From: Gordius albopunctatus
Taxonomy: Eukaryota
DNA: 64,000 nucleotides
NCBI GenBank assembly: GCA_964276515.1
Contig: OZ193909.1
Coordinates: 13,144,001-13,208,000 of the forward strand
Direction: 5' to 3'
Numbering within the stretch: position 1 is the first letter of the stretch; the number at the start of each line of letters is the position of its first letter. The position numbers were made by a program, and so were the translations under genes. Under the pieces are notes generated by a model. That model was not told the origin of the DNA, ran no database searches, and was given only the letters and a program-made list of their open reading frames with translations. Below are positions 1 through 13,800 of this stretch, in pieces.

Positions 1-190
1 TTCTTCAAAACCCAGGGCCTCACAAAAGAATCGTTGGTATGGGACCCGATGTATGAGTGTTATACTAGTTGATAGCAATAATGAAGTAACATTTACAGAA
101 TCATGTTTGGATATACCAAAAGACATTAATACCCTTACAGTTGTGCCTGACAAGTGGACAACAACCAAACATTCTTTTAAATTGGGATAA
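1..190 (+). CDS. TANGO2: 3' end of an upstream copy of the TANGO2/NRDE-family gene (continues beyond the window start)
   Basis: Matches 10691-10880; encodes ...NRWYGTRCMSVILVD...HSFKLG*. Part of the tandem duplication with 10,690-bp offset. Confidence 0.75.
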   Translation, partial: SSKPRASQKNRWYGTRCMSVILVDSNNEVTFTESCLDIPKDINTLTVVPDKWTTTKHSFKLG

Positions 191-685
191 TTTAATACTT
201 TTAATTTTGTATTCTACTAAATCTATATTTTATTTCACTTTTTATAATTCTGAAGCAATAGGTTTATTTATTACAAAATGTCTTCTATTCTGTATGATAT
301 AGAATGGACTATAGTTTTAAAGGTCAAAATTTAGCCTATTTTGATCCACAATTCAATAATTTCATAAGATATTCTAAGTTTTATAAATATCTTATGGCTG
401 CCAATGTGTCTACTGCCCAATATATAATTTGTTTTACAATCTATATGATATTTACCTTTAAATATGCACATCATGTTGGTATAACTATATTAGTGGTGAT
501 ATAAATGACCGAATGGTTAAAACTAACCCATCCTATTTTGGTAATAAAGTTTTAAAAGTATAAAAAAAGGTGTGAGTGCGCCAGTTATGCCAAATAAGGG
601 GCTTAAAATTGCCCATGAGTGAGTGACTTAACGTCGATTAACATCATAACAAAATTCGAAATAGGAGGGGGGATGATAACATAGG

Positions 686-1545
686 TTAAGAAGTATGAAG
701 AGGGTCAATTAATTTGCTATTTAGGCGTTCTCTAAGTTTTCGTTCTTGTTCGGATTGTTGCATCCACAGGCGGTAGTAGTAATTATTTGCGGTCCCCCCA
801 GACCCCAAGAGAGAGTAATGCGTACCCCGTTCAACTATACCACCCTGACCCATCACTAATATTTGGTCGGCATCCATTACAGTTGTCAACCTATGTGCTA
901 TGACGATGGAAGTCCTATTCATGGTAGCCTTGCTTAAAGAATCCTGTATGTTCTAAGGTTAAATAGATTGCTAATTTTGGTTAAGCCTATAGTAAGTTTG
1001 GCATTATATTATTGCGTTGCCCGCCATGGAATAAGTTATATATCTTAGCATGTAAAGTAAAGTAGTCTCACTTTTAACTAAAAATAGGCAAATATTTTAG
1101 GTGTCAACTTGCGACGTTAAAATAGACATTATTTATACGACGCCAAGTAGTTTATTAATCTAGTAAGGGAATGTGACATAGCTCAATAACACCTTACCTA
1201 AAATTAACTATATTACTAAAGTGAACTTTAACATACAATTAAACTATAAAAATTATCGAATCTTAAACATGCATAATGCAATCTATAAAGTGTTTATAAC
1301 AAAATTGAAATGACACTCAAAAAGTATTTACTTCATTTGATGAGTCATCTTTAAACTAAAATTCAATTTGTTAAATTGTCTCAAGCAAATTACTTGGCCT
1401 AAATAAAATATGGAAAGATAGCACTATAAAAAGATTCTAACCTTTTCGGTTATGGCATCTAATGATGAAGTCGCCTCGTCGAACAAAAAGATGGATGGAT
1501 TCTTTAAAATCACCCTCGCTATGGCTATCCTCTGCTTTTCACCAC
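686..1545 (-). pseudogene. ABCB7: Duplicated last two ABCB7 exons (1442-1545, 686-952) lacking the upstream exons
   Basis: Same sequence as exons 13-14 ([11 protein letters not shown]...[15 protein letters not shown]), with intact AG/GT sites. Confidence 0.8.
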
Positions 1546-2181
1546 CTACATATATATCAAAAGCGTAACCTTAATTACCAAAGGTATACATTTAAATATT
1601 GAGATTTGCTCAAGAAAATTAAAGTAAGCACAGCATCATATCTCACTGATCTCAGCCTGTCTGGAGCTGACATGATACAAACTAGCAAAAATTTAAATAA
1701 AAATATATTTTATTATTAAAAAGCGGAAAAATATGATTAAATTTTATCCATAAATGTGTAACATGATATTTTTATTTAACGTATTGGCTTACATATTACT
1801 GAATAATTCATAAACCAGCTGGAGCCCTACCCGCATCAAACTGACCATTTAAAAAATATGATTTAAAGAAACCTTTTATAAAAAATAGATATTCTCGAAG
1901 GTGTATAATTTAGTTTCCAAGCTCCAGGACCTCGCTCCTGTCTACAATAATATTTTAATCAAAATTGCAATTTCATTAAATATAAAGCCATAGTAGCTAT
2001 TCGAATTCTAAAAATAAAAAAGTAAATTTTTTAAAAAGCTCATTTACATTAAACTGTTAAATAATTTTTTTTACAAAATAGATTAGTGGGTTAATATTAT
2101 TAGTTAATGAAATGTGAATTCTCTGTTTCGAACGCATCCTTGTTTCAAATTACGAATAATCACAATTAAATTTATTTTATA

Positions 2182-4358
2182 CTAGCTGACCCAGCAAACG
2201 TTGTTTTGCTATATACATTATTTCTAGAAAATACTATAGGCGATGTGCATGCTCATCCTTATGCCTCGATCATATAATGAGATAATGAGCGATTAAAATA
2301 TAATTGTCCTATGGGAAATAATTTACTAATTTAATGTAGGAAGAATTATTAACACGCTAAATGTAAACACAAAAAGCAAAGTACTTAACATCAAATTTTT
2401 TATTGCTTTGCTTTACACATTTTGCCATATAAATATACTGTCAAATAAATTAATACATGCCTAAAGAATTATTTAATTTGTAAATTGCCACAGGTTTATT
2501 TTTTTATTAAAGGTGTAAAAAACTTTTTTTGCCCCTACCGCAAAATCACGATTCTGGCAAATGGCCGTTTTCGGACTTCAATCAAAACCCCAACACCCCC
2601 CCTTGAAAATCTGTTTTATTTTTGCGCCTGAACATATTTTAGCGCGTCCAGCTTTTCACTTATTTCGGCAAACTACAATTCAGCTCCCATCTGCTTACAA
2701 ACTTTAGGTATATCATTGGCCGCCAACTGAGCTTTATTGCAATAGAGTCTCATTGTTATCATGTTTAGCTGATATATTGTGTAGTTTAAGCCAACAGGTA
2801 CCATTATAGACGTAGCCCGACCCTCTACCCTCAATTTGCCCTCCGTTAATTTTTACTATTGCTTAAATTGTATAGGAAATCAATGTTCCTATACGAAGAA
2901 GAGCCTAATAAGGCCACACAAAGACAGCAAGTGGATGGGGTTTAAGGGGCAGAGCCCCTTGAGTAAGATTTAGAGGGGCAGCCCCAACCGGGGTACAGGG
3001 GTGAAGCCCTTTGTTTGAATCTTCTTCTTCTTTATCAGTTATTTGGTCCCACGGTCGTGGGGTTTATTTTGATAAGTTTCTTGCATCTTGACCGGGTGAG
3101 TGCCATGTCTTGACTACTCTTTCGTTTTCATAACTTTATCGCGTTGCCCGTTCCATGTGACACGGGGTCGTCCTCTTACTCTCTTGTCCGGCACCTCTAT
3201 GTCGAGTACTTTTCGATTTAGATCATTTGTGTCCCCCTTAGTATATGTTCATACCACTTTAACCGATTTTCGTCAATCATGTCCGCCATAGGTTGAATAT
3301 TCATTTTTGTCATGAGAAAGTCATTCGTCATATGGTCAAGCTTAATTTACGCCACCCTTCCCTGGTGTTTATTGCGGATGCTTAATAATCAATTTTTAAT
3401 TCCTTAAATAATTTATTATCATAATGTCAAGTTCGATAAAAAATAAGGTTTTTTTAGTCTCACTTTGTTGTTCACATGTATTCCATCTTTATTTAGTTAT
3501 TTTAATAACCCACAGTCCAGGTTTAATATGATCCATAAAATGACCACTGTCTTACGTTAATTTGTATGAGTAGTACGGCCCCAGACGAAAAGCAATTTTT
3601 ATTTTTGCCCCGAATCGAGCCCGGAGCAACATCATTAATCTCGCTTATTTCCGAAACATGCGAATATTCGCTAACTTCCTAAGCAAATCCTCCTTTTTGT
3701 TTAAAATATTCCTAGATATACAACATTAAAAACTGAGATATTATGAGGGGTCGTAAAAAATCATTGCCCACAAACCTTACTTTGGTCAATAAGCTATCAG
3801 TGTACTCAGATAATTCATAAAAACTTAAAGCAACCGGTAGGAGTTAGGGGCGGAGTCCTTCTTAGAGGTCCGAAGAACTGAGATATATCAACATTTATTG
3901 GCACTTTGTTAAAAGTATTTTCATTTTTCTCCTTATTTAACGCGCAAAAATGACAAAATTAGATTTTTTAATTTATTTAGCCACGCAGGAGGGGACACGA
4001 CCGTCCTATAATAATAATTGACGTGAAAAATAAGCAAAAAAATGACTTTGATATTTAATGTTTCAAATCGTAAAAAGTTTCCATTTTCCGCAACACATGC
4101 CTACTGCATTTATCACACTACCTACACCATAGATACGCAGTATATGTCATGAGGTGGCGTTTGAGTGACATTTAAGTAAACGTCAAAACGTCTAAAACTA
4201 AATAACATGATTGTCTTATGACTTAGAAATTTGGAATATAGTCAAAAACCTAGGCTCAGACCTACCAAGCATTCGCAGAAATTTCCATCTAAATCGGTCC
4301 AGCCGTTTCGGAGGAGTTTAACCACCCACACCGTGACACGTGAATTTTATATATTAGA
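2182..4358 (-). mobile_element. Non-autonomous Helitron-like element with nested fragments (second copy at 12872-15048)
   Basis: Minus strand starts A|TCTAATATATAAAATTCACGTG and ends GCAAAACAACGTTTGCTGGGTCAGCTAG|T, giving TC...CTAG termini, a subterminal hairpin and an A|T insertion site. Confidence 0.6.
3020..3360 (-). mobile_element. RTE-like non-LTR retrotransposon 3' fragment (copy at 13710-14050)
   Basis: Minus strand encodes a [12 protein letters not shown] C-terminus followed by a (GAA)n tail; homologous to 49950-50424. Confidence 0.55.
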
Positions 4359-5224
4359 TGATAAAATAATTTTCAAATGTAAAATTTGCCCAAAAAGTTT
4401 TTATTTAAGAAATCGGGCCGAGGCTGGGTTGGGCCAAAATAAAGCATTCGGGCTTGGGCCGAATAAATTCCATTTTCCATGGCTCTAGCCATAATAAATA
4501 CCTTTTAAATATTATTATTATTTATGGTCAAACTACGGTTTTGTCATAATAAGGCTTATTGCTCCTTTCAATTTAACGTTTCTCGTTTATAGGAATTATT
4601 TTAAAATTACCGTCTCAAAGCAGTGCATTCCATTTTTAAAAGCTTTAATCGCAATAAATCAAAATTATTCTTATCCCCAACTTTCTTACATACCAAACAA
4701 TTGCCAATTAAATTATTTTATACCGTTCAATTTTAAAGCCATCTGTTTACGTTGAGTTTTAACTAATTAATAATCCTATATTCATTACTATATACACCAT
4801 GATTTTTGTCAAAAGATGTTTATGGCAATATAAATAAGGTTTTCTTTCAGAGAGATCTATCCCCCGTATAAACATTTGATCGCTGTTTTTAACTTTCGTT
4901 AAATGGTTTTGTTCATAATCCCTTCCCAGAAGATAGCTGAAGTTTACAAAATTTCCAGCTAAAATACTTATAAAATTGAGCGTGGTCTTGAATAATCCAA
5001 TAAAAAAAACAATATAAACCACGACAACTTCAGTGCTTGAAGGGCCATGATCCCCTGTCAGCGATTACAATTTTATCAAATAATTTGGAAACCCTTTGGG
5101 TGTTTTTTACGAAAACGCCAAACGCCAAAGCCCTCCCAAGAAAATTCACCTAACACTGATAGGGTTGGGTGAAAAAAAACGCCAACGCTTGCAGGCGACC
5201 AATAGAAACCCTTGGTTTTTTACA

Positions 5225-6010
5225 ACACTAGTATATACCATACATACTTTTTATCGCAATCACATGCTTCCTGTGATATATGCATTATTGCCTAATAAAA
5301 CGTATGCGACCTACTTTATGCTGTTTAGCAAATTGAAGGAAATATGTTCTGAATTTGGTTTGGTTTTAAACCCGGATTATGTCCAAGTAGACTATGAAAT
5401 TGCCAGTATGCAAGCCTTACGCCGATGCTTTCCTGGTGTGACCGTTAAAGGTATTTATCTTTTATAAAATACTAATCTAATTTAGGTTGCCTTTTCCATT
5501 ATTCGCAAGCCATTTTTAGGAGGCTTGGGAGTGATGGGATTCGACCTATTTACGACCGCGATCCATATTTCAGAACTTTAGTAAGAAGGACATTAGCACT
5601 TCCATTCTTGCGTATTAATGATATGAGGGCCGTTTTTGACCTCATTAGCAAAGATCCTATAGTGACGTTTTTTAAGTATGTTGAATCAACTTGGGTCGGA
5701 TCCTCTGCTAATTTTGATCATTCGATATGGAAGAGGGTTGATACTGACGGGCCTAGGACAAACAATCATCTTGAAGGCTACCACAACAGCCTGAAAATTC
5801 TTGTAGGCCAGGCTCATCCGATAATATATGATTTTATACATTCTTTAATTCATGTTCAATCTAAATGCGAATCAAACAAGGAAAGCAAGTCTTTCTTATA
5901 AATAGAAAATATGATATAAATTCGAATATAAATCGCTTGCGGCATTTATACCTCCATAATGATATCGAATTATTGGAATATCTAGATGAAATATCGATTT
6001 ACAATCTCAT
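5225..6010 (+). mobile_element. Mutator-like (MULE) transposase remnant
   Basis: Motifs VYTIH...PVIYALLPNKT, VDYE, KG|CLFHYSQA (across a 35-nt GT-AG intron at 5451-5485) and RTNNHLEGYH are typical of MULE DDE transposases. Frameshifted and 5'-truncated. Confidence 0.8.
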
Positions 6011-7269
6011 GACGCACCACCCGCATGTCAATAAATATATTTGTTATATGATTTCATTAAGATTTGTTTTTGGCACTTTATATCCCCTTTTAAAATATTA
6101 AATAGCTCATATTTAAATTATTCGATATAGAAGCTTTTATAACTGTAAATTAAAAGCATTAGACAAAATGTAATTATTAAGAAGTCTCAATACAAGTAGA
6201 TTATTTTTATTTAAGAAACATGAATTTAATTACAATAGTCAATAAATAATGGGCTCGTGTAACTATCAGAATTTCGGTCCTTTTAGACAACTATATTGAT
6301 AAAATAAAACGATAAAATGGATAAAATAAAACGATAGAGTTATAATAATTTTTGCGGTTTTTTGGCTCCTATTTCCTTCCAGGATGAGTATTATCTTTCC
6401 TAAATATATTTTTCGGGATCTTCTAGGTCTCGACCAACCTAAAAATAGATTTTGAGTTGGAGTTCCGGAAGTCGGCCATGTTTTTAGCTAATGTAATTAT
6501 TGTCGAATTTTTGGTCGTAAGAAGCTTTTTTCCGGTTTGAATTCATGTCAAAAAAATTCGAACGAGACGTAGAAATGTTGCTCGAGGTCAGGTTCATCAA
6601 ATAAAGCAGGGAGATCGAGGTATCTATCTAGTTCGGCCAAAATATACGCCATTTTGTTATAAATTTTTGAGTCAATTTTCGAGTTGGCGCGCTTTAGAAG
6701 CCATTTTCGAGATCCAAACCTCAGTCATTTTAAACCATTTTTTTCTAATTTATAGTTCAAACCTCATGCTACCTAAATATAATAATTTTTTGACATATAG
6801 ATTGATTTTAAATATCTAAATCGCCGTTTTAATCTCCTTTACCCTTAAAAAACGCGGAAATTTCGACTTTAAAAGTTAATAAAACCAAAAGTTGTTGACC
6901 AAAACTCTTAATTTTTACTTTAAAATGTCGGGCAGGTTGAGGACTAAGTTTTAGGAGTTTTTGGGCCTCCGATAGTCACGGCCAAAAATATAGGCACGAA
7001 TAAAGCCGCTAAAACTGTACGCAAAAACTCGTAGTCATTTGTGTACATTTTTATCCATACTATATATTTCCATATATTTTTGTGAATTGTTTTAGGATAT
7101 ACGTTGTAAAACAATAATTTGGCATCCTTAGACCGACTAAAGTTCGTAACAAACGATATTCATAATTATCCACCATCTTGGAAAGCTTTAAATCGTACTT
7201 TCGGTCATTCGTCATATTAGAATTTTGGCGCAAAACTCATTAAAATGGCGTTTTAACACTAAAAAATTA

Positions 7270-9300
7270 TGAAAAATATTCCTTGTGGTAACTTTTCTGA
7301 CGCCTCCGACTATAAGTTTTGCCTCTGGTCAACTCAATTTTAGTCAAATATATCACTGATTCCACCGTCAACTTAACATAAAACTTATATTTTAACTAAA
7401 AGTATTCAACCAAACCCTCATCAACTGAGCTTAAATTACAAAATACCATCGCAAACTTGATAATATTCCATGTGCTAACTTTTCTGACGCCTTCGACTTT
7501 AAGTTTTGCCTCTCATCAACTTAATTTTAATTAAATATATCATTAATCCCATCAAAACTTGAATTTTAGTGAAAGTAATCAATCAAACCACCGTCAACTT
7601 AGCTTAAATTTTAAATGTAACCTCTCGTCAACTTAATTTAACCTAAAATTATAATTACATTAAGAATTTATCCTCTGGTCAACTCACTAAAAAGTTAAAT
7701 TATTAGGTATCAATCCTCTCGTCAACTCAACTCAAACTAAAATATTAAATTCAGATTTCTCATCGTAAACTTACGATTTAAACCTATTAAATCCTTTAAA
7801 TAAGCAGTTAATAACTCAAAGCTTCAATTACATTTTTTATAATGTATTTAATCCTATGCTACAATAATCTATACCACAACATCTTATATAAATTCTTAAG
7901 GTATTCTGTTAACACACTTTGTATTTAAACCAGGCGCGTAGCCAGGATTTTCTCAAGGGGCCAGAAAGATTCAAAAAAATTTCCGACACTTTTATTTTTA
8001 ATATAACAAAAATAAACTTCGCGTACAATAGGACAAGGGCTTTCAACTTTTGATCCCCTTTACCACCATACCTTGGTCCAAAGAACACACAAAATTTACA
8101 ATAAGCACCATTTTCTCGGGGAGAATAGGAGAGCCAGCTCCATTTATGAAACCAAGAGAAATTAAATTTCAGCTTTTTAGCTGTTTCATCACGAGGGAAA
8201 TTGAATAAAAGTGGTGGTTGATAAATTTTATCAAATTCTGCCAACTTATCTTCATAATGTTGTATGGAGTTAACATACAAAGATATGTCATACGGCTGTT
8301 TTACAAATTTTAATTAACTCTAAAAATAAACTAAAAAAGATAAAATTATACATATACATATACCATTTGACTTTAGAATAGTTGAGGCATTTTCATCAAT
8401 ATTATTGTTTAAGGCAATAGGTGTAAGTGTTTCAATTGATATTGAATCTTCTTCTTGTTCTTCATCATCTAGAAATTTTTAAAATTGGCAATACAATGTA
8501 ATCACAATAAAAATTAATATATATAAGAGATCAATACTATATAAACATAAAATAAAAGCCTAAGTCACTTACTAGAAATACCAGGGTTTGGTATTTTAAG
8601 GGGGAAAAATTTTTGTATAGAATTCTTCATAATTTACAACTCTTCGCGGCAATCATACATACATACAATTTACAATCAACGGTGGAAAATTATAATGTTG
8701 GGTGCAAGTCGAAAATTAAATTCTAAAAATTGAATGTATATATTATGTTTACAGACTTTTATAAGTCTCTCAAAATCTTTTTTGCAACTAAACTATAATA
8801 TTTCATCCCATTGAATCTAATTATTAAACAAAAAAATTTTCAAATTTAGGTCAAGGGGCCAGAAACGTCCCACTTTCTGGCCCCTTGGCTACGCGCCTGA
8901 TTTAAACCTATTAAATCCTTCATATTAAAAATTGGTAATAACTAAAAATTCATAACATTTAATCCTATACTACAATATTCTACGCTATAACAACTAAAAT
9001 AAACTCTTACGGTATTCTGTTAATACACTTTGTATTTAAACCTATTAAATCCTTAAAATTAGCAGTTAATAACTCAACACTTCAAGTTATTAGATTTTAT
9101 ATAATGTATTTAATCCTATGCTACAATAATCTACGCTCTAACATCCAATATAAACTTTTTAGGTATTCTGCTAAAATATTTTATATTCAAGCCTATTAAA
9201 TTCTTCATATATAAAACTGGCAATTAGTAATAAATTCATATTATTAGATTTTATATGGCAGTTTAACCTTAATCGTATAAAACAATTTATTTATTTTTAT
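7270..9300. repeat. Degenerate tandem repeats (TCAACTT-rich units, then ~130-bp units starting TTTAAACCTATTAAATCC), interrupted by a hAT element
   Basis: The motifs recur visibly at about 7290/7477 and at 7777, 8900, 9035 and 9187. Confidence 0.55.
7931..8899 (-). mobile_element. Internally deleted hAT element with a TTF-type (ZMYM1-like) zinc-finger fragment
   Basis: TIRs CAGGCGCGTAGCCA/TGGCTACGCGCCTG; 8-bp TSD ATTTAAAC; ORF FNFSWFHKWSWLSYS...AYCKFCVFF. Confidence 0.85.
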
Positions 9301-9567
9301 ATACCTATGTTACAATACGTTAAGTTAGAACGTTTAATATAATCCTTTTTAGTATCATGTCAATGTATATAATACTTCATTTAATTTATCTATATTTACA
9401 TATACCTATTATTTGGTATAAACTATTCATTTAATCTATATTTTATACAATATATTATGTGTGTAGTTTTTCTTTTTCAACCATATGATACATCATCATA
9501 CATGTCATACATTTAACTTTTATTTTGTCTCATTGAATTTTGGGCCCGATTCCTCGAATTCAATTAA

Positions 9568-10880
9568 ATGTGTTTTATTATTTTTTATCACAACCCCTTA
9601 TCAACGAAAAATGAATTCAAATTAATTTTCGCTCATAACAGAGACGAGTATTTTGATAGGCCTTCACAATCTGCATCATTTTTGCAAAATAATTCCGAGA
9701 TAATATGTGGTAATTCTATAATTTATCAAGAATCTTAAAACGGAAAAATTATTATTTAATCCATACTCTAAAAATCAGAAAAAAATGCTATGTAATGATT
9801 CGAATTTTTATGTATTAAGGTAAAAATACATATTTTGTGAGGATTACTAAGATAAATTATTAAGTTTTAGATTAGAATGATTAATAAAGTCATATGGACA
9901 AATGGATTAATTTTTATCAAATATTTAATGTATTTTTTATATAATTTAAATAAAATTTAATTTCTAAAGGAATGGATTTGACCGAAAATGGAACATGGTT
10001 GGGAATTTGTAAAAAGACTGGTTGTTTAGCCACAGTGCTTAATATACCAAACATAAGGGGAGATTGTGATTTGAACTTAGAGAACACTAAGAGTCGGGGT
10101 TCATTATGTCTTGATTTTTTGGAAGATTCTAATTATTCCAATCGCCTATGTGATTTCAAAAATACTGTGAAAAAATATAGAAATTTAAGATTCACCCTAT
10201 TACTCTTCAAAGATATCATTCAATATCCTCATATTTATTATTATAATAACTTACGCCGCGAAGAATTGTATAAACTAAATCCCGGCATATATGCCTTTGG
10301 TAACTCAAAAGTTCCAGAGTCATCATTAAATACAGATACAGATAATATGGTAACAACTGCAAGTTGTGTTGAGCTTCCTCGATTGAAAAAATTGGCAAAG
10401 GGTAAAGAAATATTTGCAAAGATTTTAGATGATTATAAAACTACTAATCTTACAATTGAGCAGTTATCTTCCCGTCTAATAAATGAATTATTACGTGATA
10501 AAACAAAGTAAACTTTTTCTATAATTTTAATAACATAAAATTTATTTAGCAAATATACATCCATGTTTTTTGCAACTCTCAAATTTAGAAATTCACCAGA
10601 CCCTTCATACGAATCAGAATGCATAGATTATGGTTTTGGTAGTGAAGAATTGTACCAAAAATCATCAATATTTGTTGAACCATTCAAACTTTCTTCAAAA
10701 CCCAGGGCCTCACAAAAGAATCGTTGGTATGGGACCCGATGTATGAGTGTTATACTAGTTGATAGCAATAATGAAGTAACATTTACAGAATCATGTTTGG
10801 ATATACCAAAAGACATTAATACCCTTACAGTTGTGCCTGACAAGTGGACAACAACCAAACATTCTTTTAAATTGGGATAA
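9568..10880 (+). CDS. TANGO2: Transport and Golgi organization 2 (NRDE-family) protein; 3 exons: 9568-9709, 9970-10507, 10589-10880; 323 aa
   Basis: N-terminal MC, then HNRDEYFDRP, GTWLGI, SRG and C-terminal YGTR motifs. GT-AG introns join in frame (972 nt). Confidence 0.9.
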
Positions 10881-13800
10881 TTTAATACTTTTAATTTTGT
10901 ATTCTACTAAATCTATATTTTATTTCACTTTTTATAATTCTGAAGCAATAGGTTTATTTATTACAAAATGTCTTCTATTCTGTATGATATAGAATGGACT
11001 ATAGTTTTAAAGGTCAAAATTTAGCCTATTTTGATCCACAATTCAATAATTTCATAAGATATTCTAAGTTTTATAAATATCTTATGGCTGCCAATGTGTC
11101 TACTGCCCAATATATAATTTGTTTTACAATCTATATGATATTTACCTTTAAATATGCACATCATGTTGGTATAACTATATTAGTGGTGATATAAATGACC
11201 GAATGGTTAAAACTAACCCATCCTATTTTGGTAATAAAGTTTTAAAAGTATAAAAAAAGGTGTGAGTGCGCCAGTTATGCCAAATAAGGGGCTTAAAATT
11301 GCCCATGAGTGAGTGACTTAACGTCGATTAACATCATAACAAAATTCGAAATAGGAGGGGGGATGATAACATAGGTTAAGAAGTATGAAGAGGGTCAATT
11401 AATTTGCTATTTAGGCGTTCTCTAAGTTTTCGTTCTTGTTCGGATTGTTGCATCCACAGGCGGTAGTAGTAATTATTTGCGGTCCCCCCAGACCCCAAGA
11501 GAGAGTAATGCGTACCCCGTTCAACTATACCACCCTGACCCATCACTAATATTTGGTCGGCATCCATTACAGTTGTCAACCTATGTGCTATGACGATGGA
11601 AGTCCTATTCATGGTAGCCTTGCTTAAAGAATCCTGTATGTTCTAAGGTTAAATAGATTGCTAATTTTGGTTAAGCCTATAGTAAGTTTGGCATTATATT
11701 ATTGCGTTGCCCGCCATGGAATAAGTTATATATCTTAGCATGTAAAGTAAAGTAGTCTCACTTTTAACTAAAAATAGGCAAATATTTTAGGTGTCAACTT
11801 GCGACGTTAAAATAGACATTATTTATACGACGCCAAGTAGTTTATTAATCTAGTAAGGGAATGTGACATAGCTCAATAACACCTTACCTAAAATTAACTA
11901 TATTACTAAAGTGAACTTTAACATACAATTAAACTATAAAAATTATCGAATCTTAAACATGCATAATGCAATCTATAAAGTGTTTATAACAAAATTGAAA
12001 TGACACTCAAAAAGTATTTACTTCATTTGATGAGTCATCTTTAAACTAAAATTCAATTTGTTAAATTGTCTCAAGCAAATTACTTGGCCTAAATAAAATA
12101 TGGAAAGATAGCACTATAAAAAGATTCTAACCTTTTCGGTTATGGCATCTAATGATGAAGTCGCCTCGTCGAACAAAAAGATGGATGGATTCTTTAAAAT
12201 CACCCTCGCTATGGCTATCCTCTGCTTTTCACCACCTACATATATATCAAAAGCGTAACCTTAATTACCAAAGGTATACATTTAAATATTGAGATTTGCT
12301 CAAGAAAATTAAAGTAAGCACAGCATCATATCTCACTGATCTCAGCCTGTCTGGAGCTGACATGATACAAACTAGCAAAAATTTAAATAAAAATATATTT
12401 TATTATTAAAAAGCGGAAAAATATGATTAAATTTTATCCATAAATGTGTAACATGATATTTTTATTTAACGTATTGGCTTACATATTACTGAATAATTCA
12501 TAAACCAGCTGGAGCCCTACCCGCATCAAACTGACCATTTAAAAAATATGATTTAAAGAAACCTTTTATAAAAAATAGATATTCTCGAAGGTGTATAATT
12601 TAGTTTCCAAGCTCCAGGACCTCGCTCCTGTCTACAATAATATTTTAATCAAAATTGCAATTTCATTAAATATAAAGCCATAGTAGCTATTCGAATTCTA
12701 AAAATAAAAAAGTAAATTTTTTAAAAAGCTCATTTACATTAAACTGTTAAATAATTTTTTTTACAAAATAGATTAGTGGGTTAATATTATTAGTTAATGA
12801 AATGTGAATTCTCTGTTTCGAACGCATCCTTGTTTCAAATTACGAATAATCACAATTAAATTTATTTTATACTAGCTGACCCAGCAAACGTTGTTTTGCT
12901 ATATACATTATTTCTAGAAAATACTATAGGCGATGTGCATGCTCATCCTTATGCCTCGATCATATAATGAGATAATGAGCGATTAAAATATAATTGTCCT
13001 ATGGGAAATAATTTACTAATTTAATGTAGGAAGAATTATTAACACGCTAAATGTAAACACAAAAAGCAAAGTACTTAACATCAAATTTTTTATTGCTTTG
13101 CTTTACACATTTTGCCATATAAATATACTGTCAAATAAATTAATACATGCCTAAAGAATTATTTAATTTGTAAATTGCCACAGGTTTATTTTTTTATTAA
13201 AGGTGTAAAAAACTTTTTTTGCCCCTACCGCAAAATCACGATTCTGGCAAATGGCCGTTTTCGGACTTCAATCAAAACCCCAACACCCCCCCTTGAAAAT
13301 CTGTTTTATTTTTGCGCCTGAACATATTTTAGCGCGTCCAGCTTTTCACTTATTTCGGCAAACTACAATTCAGCTCCCATCTGCTTACAAACTTTAGGTA
13401 TATCATTGGCCGCCAACTGAGCTTTATTGCAATAGAGTCTCATTGTTATCATGTTTAGCTGATATATTGTGTAGTTTAAGCCAACAGGTACCATTATAGA
13501 CGTAGCCCGACCCTCTACCCTCAATTTGCCCTCCGTTAATTTTTACTATTGCTTAAATTGTATAGGAAATCAATGTTCCTATACGAAGAAGAGCCTAATA
13601 AGGCCACACAAAGACAGCAAGTGGATGGGGTTTAAGGGGCAGAGCCCCTTGAGTAAGATTTAGAGGGGCAGCCCCAACCGGGGTACAGGGGTGAAGCCCT
13701 TTGTTTGAATCTTCTTCTTCTTTATCAGTTATTTGGTCCCACGGTCGTGGGGTTTATTTTGATAAGTTTCTTGCATCTTGACCGGGTGAGTGCCATGTCT

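Larger units (their letters stand above)
1..5093. repeat. Tandem segmental duplication, copy 1 (equals 10691-15783)
   Basis: Line-by-line match at offset 10690. I noticed only two substitutions (4954 vs 15644, 5022 vs 15712). Match ends after ...TTTGGAAACC. Confidence 0.95.

Noticed and set aside
304..504. 66-aa ORF (and its copy at 10994-11194)
   Set aside because: Lies between convergent stop codons in presumed 3' UTR, is AT-rich and has no recognisable motif; it recurs only because of the duplication.
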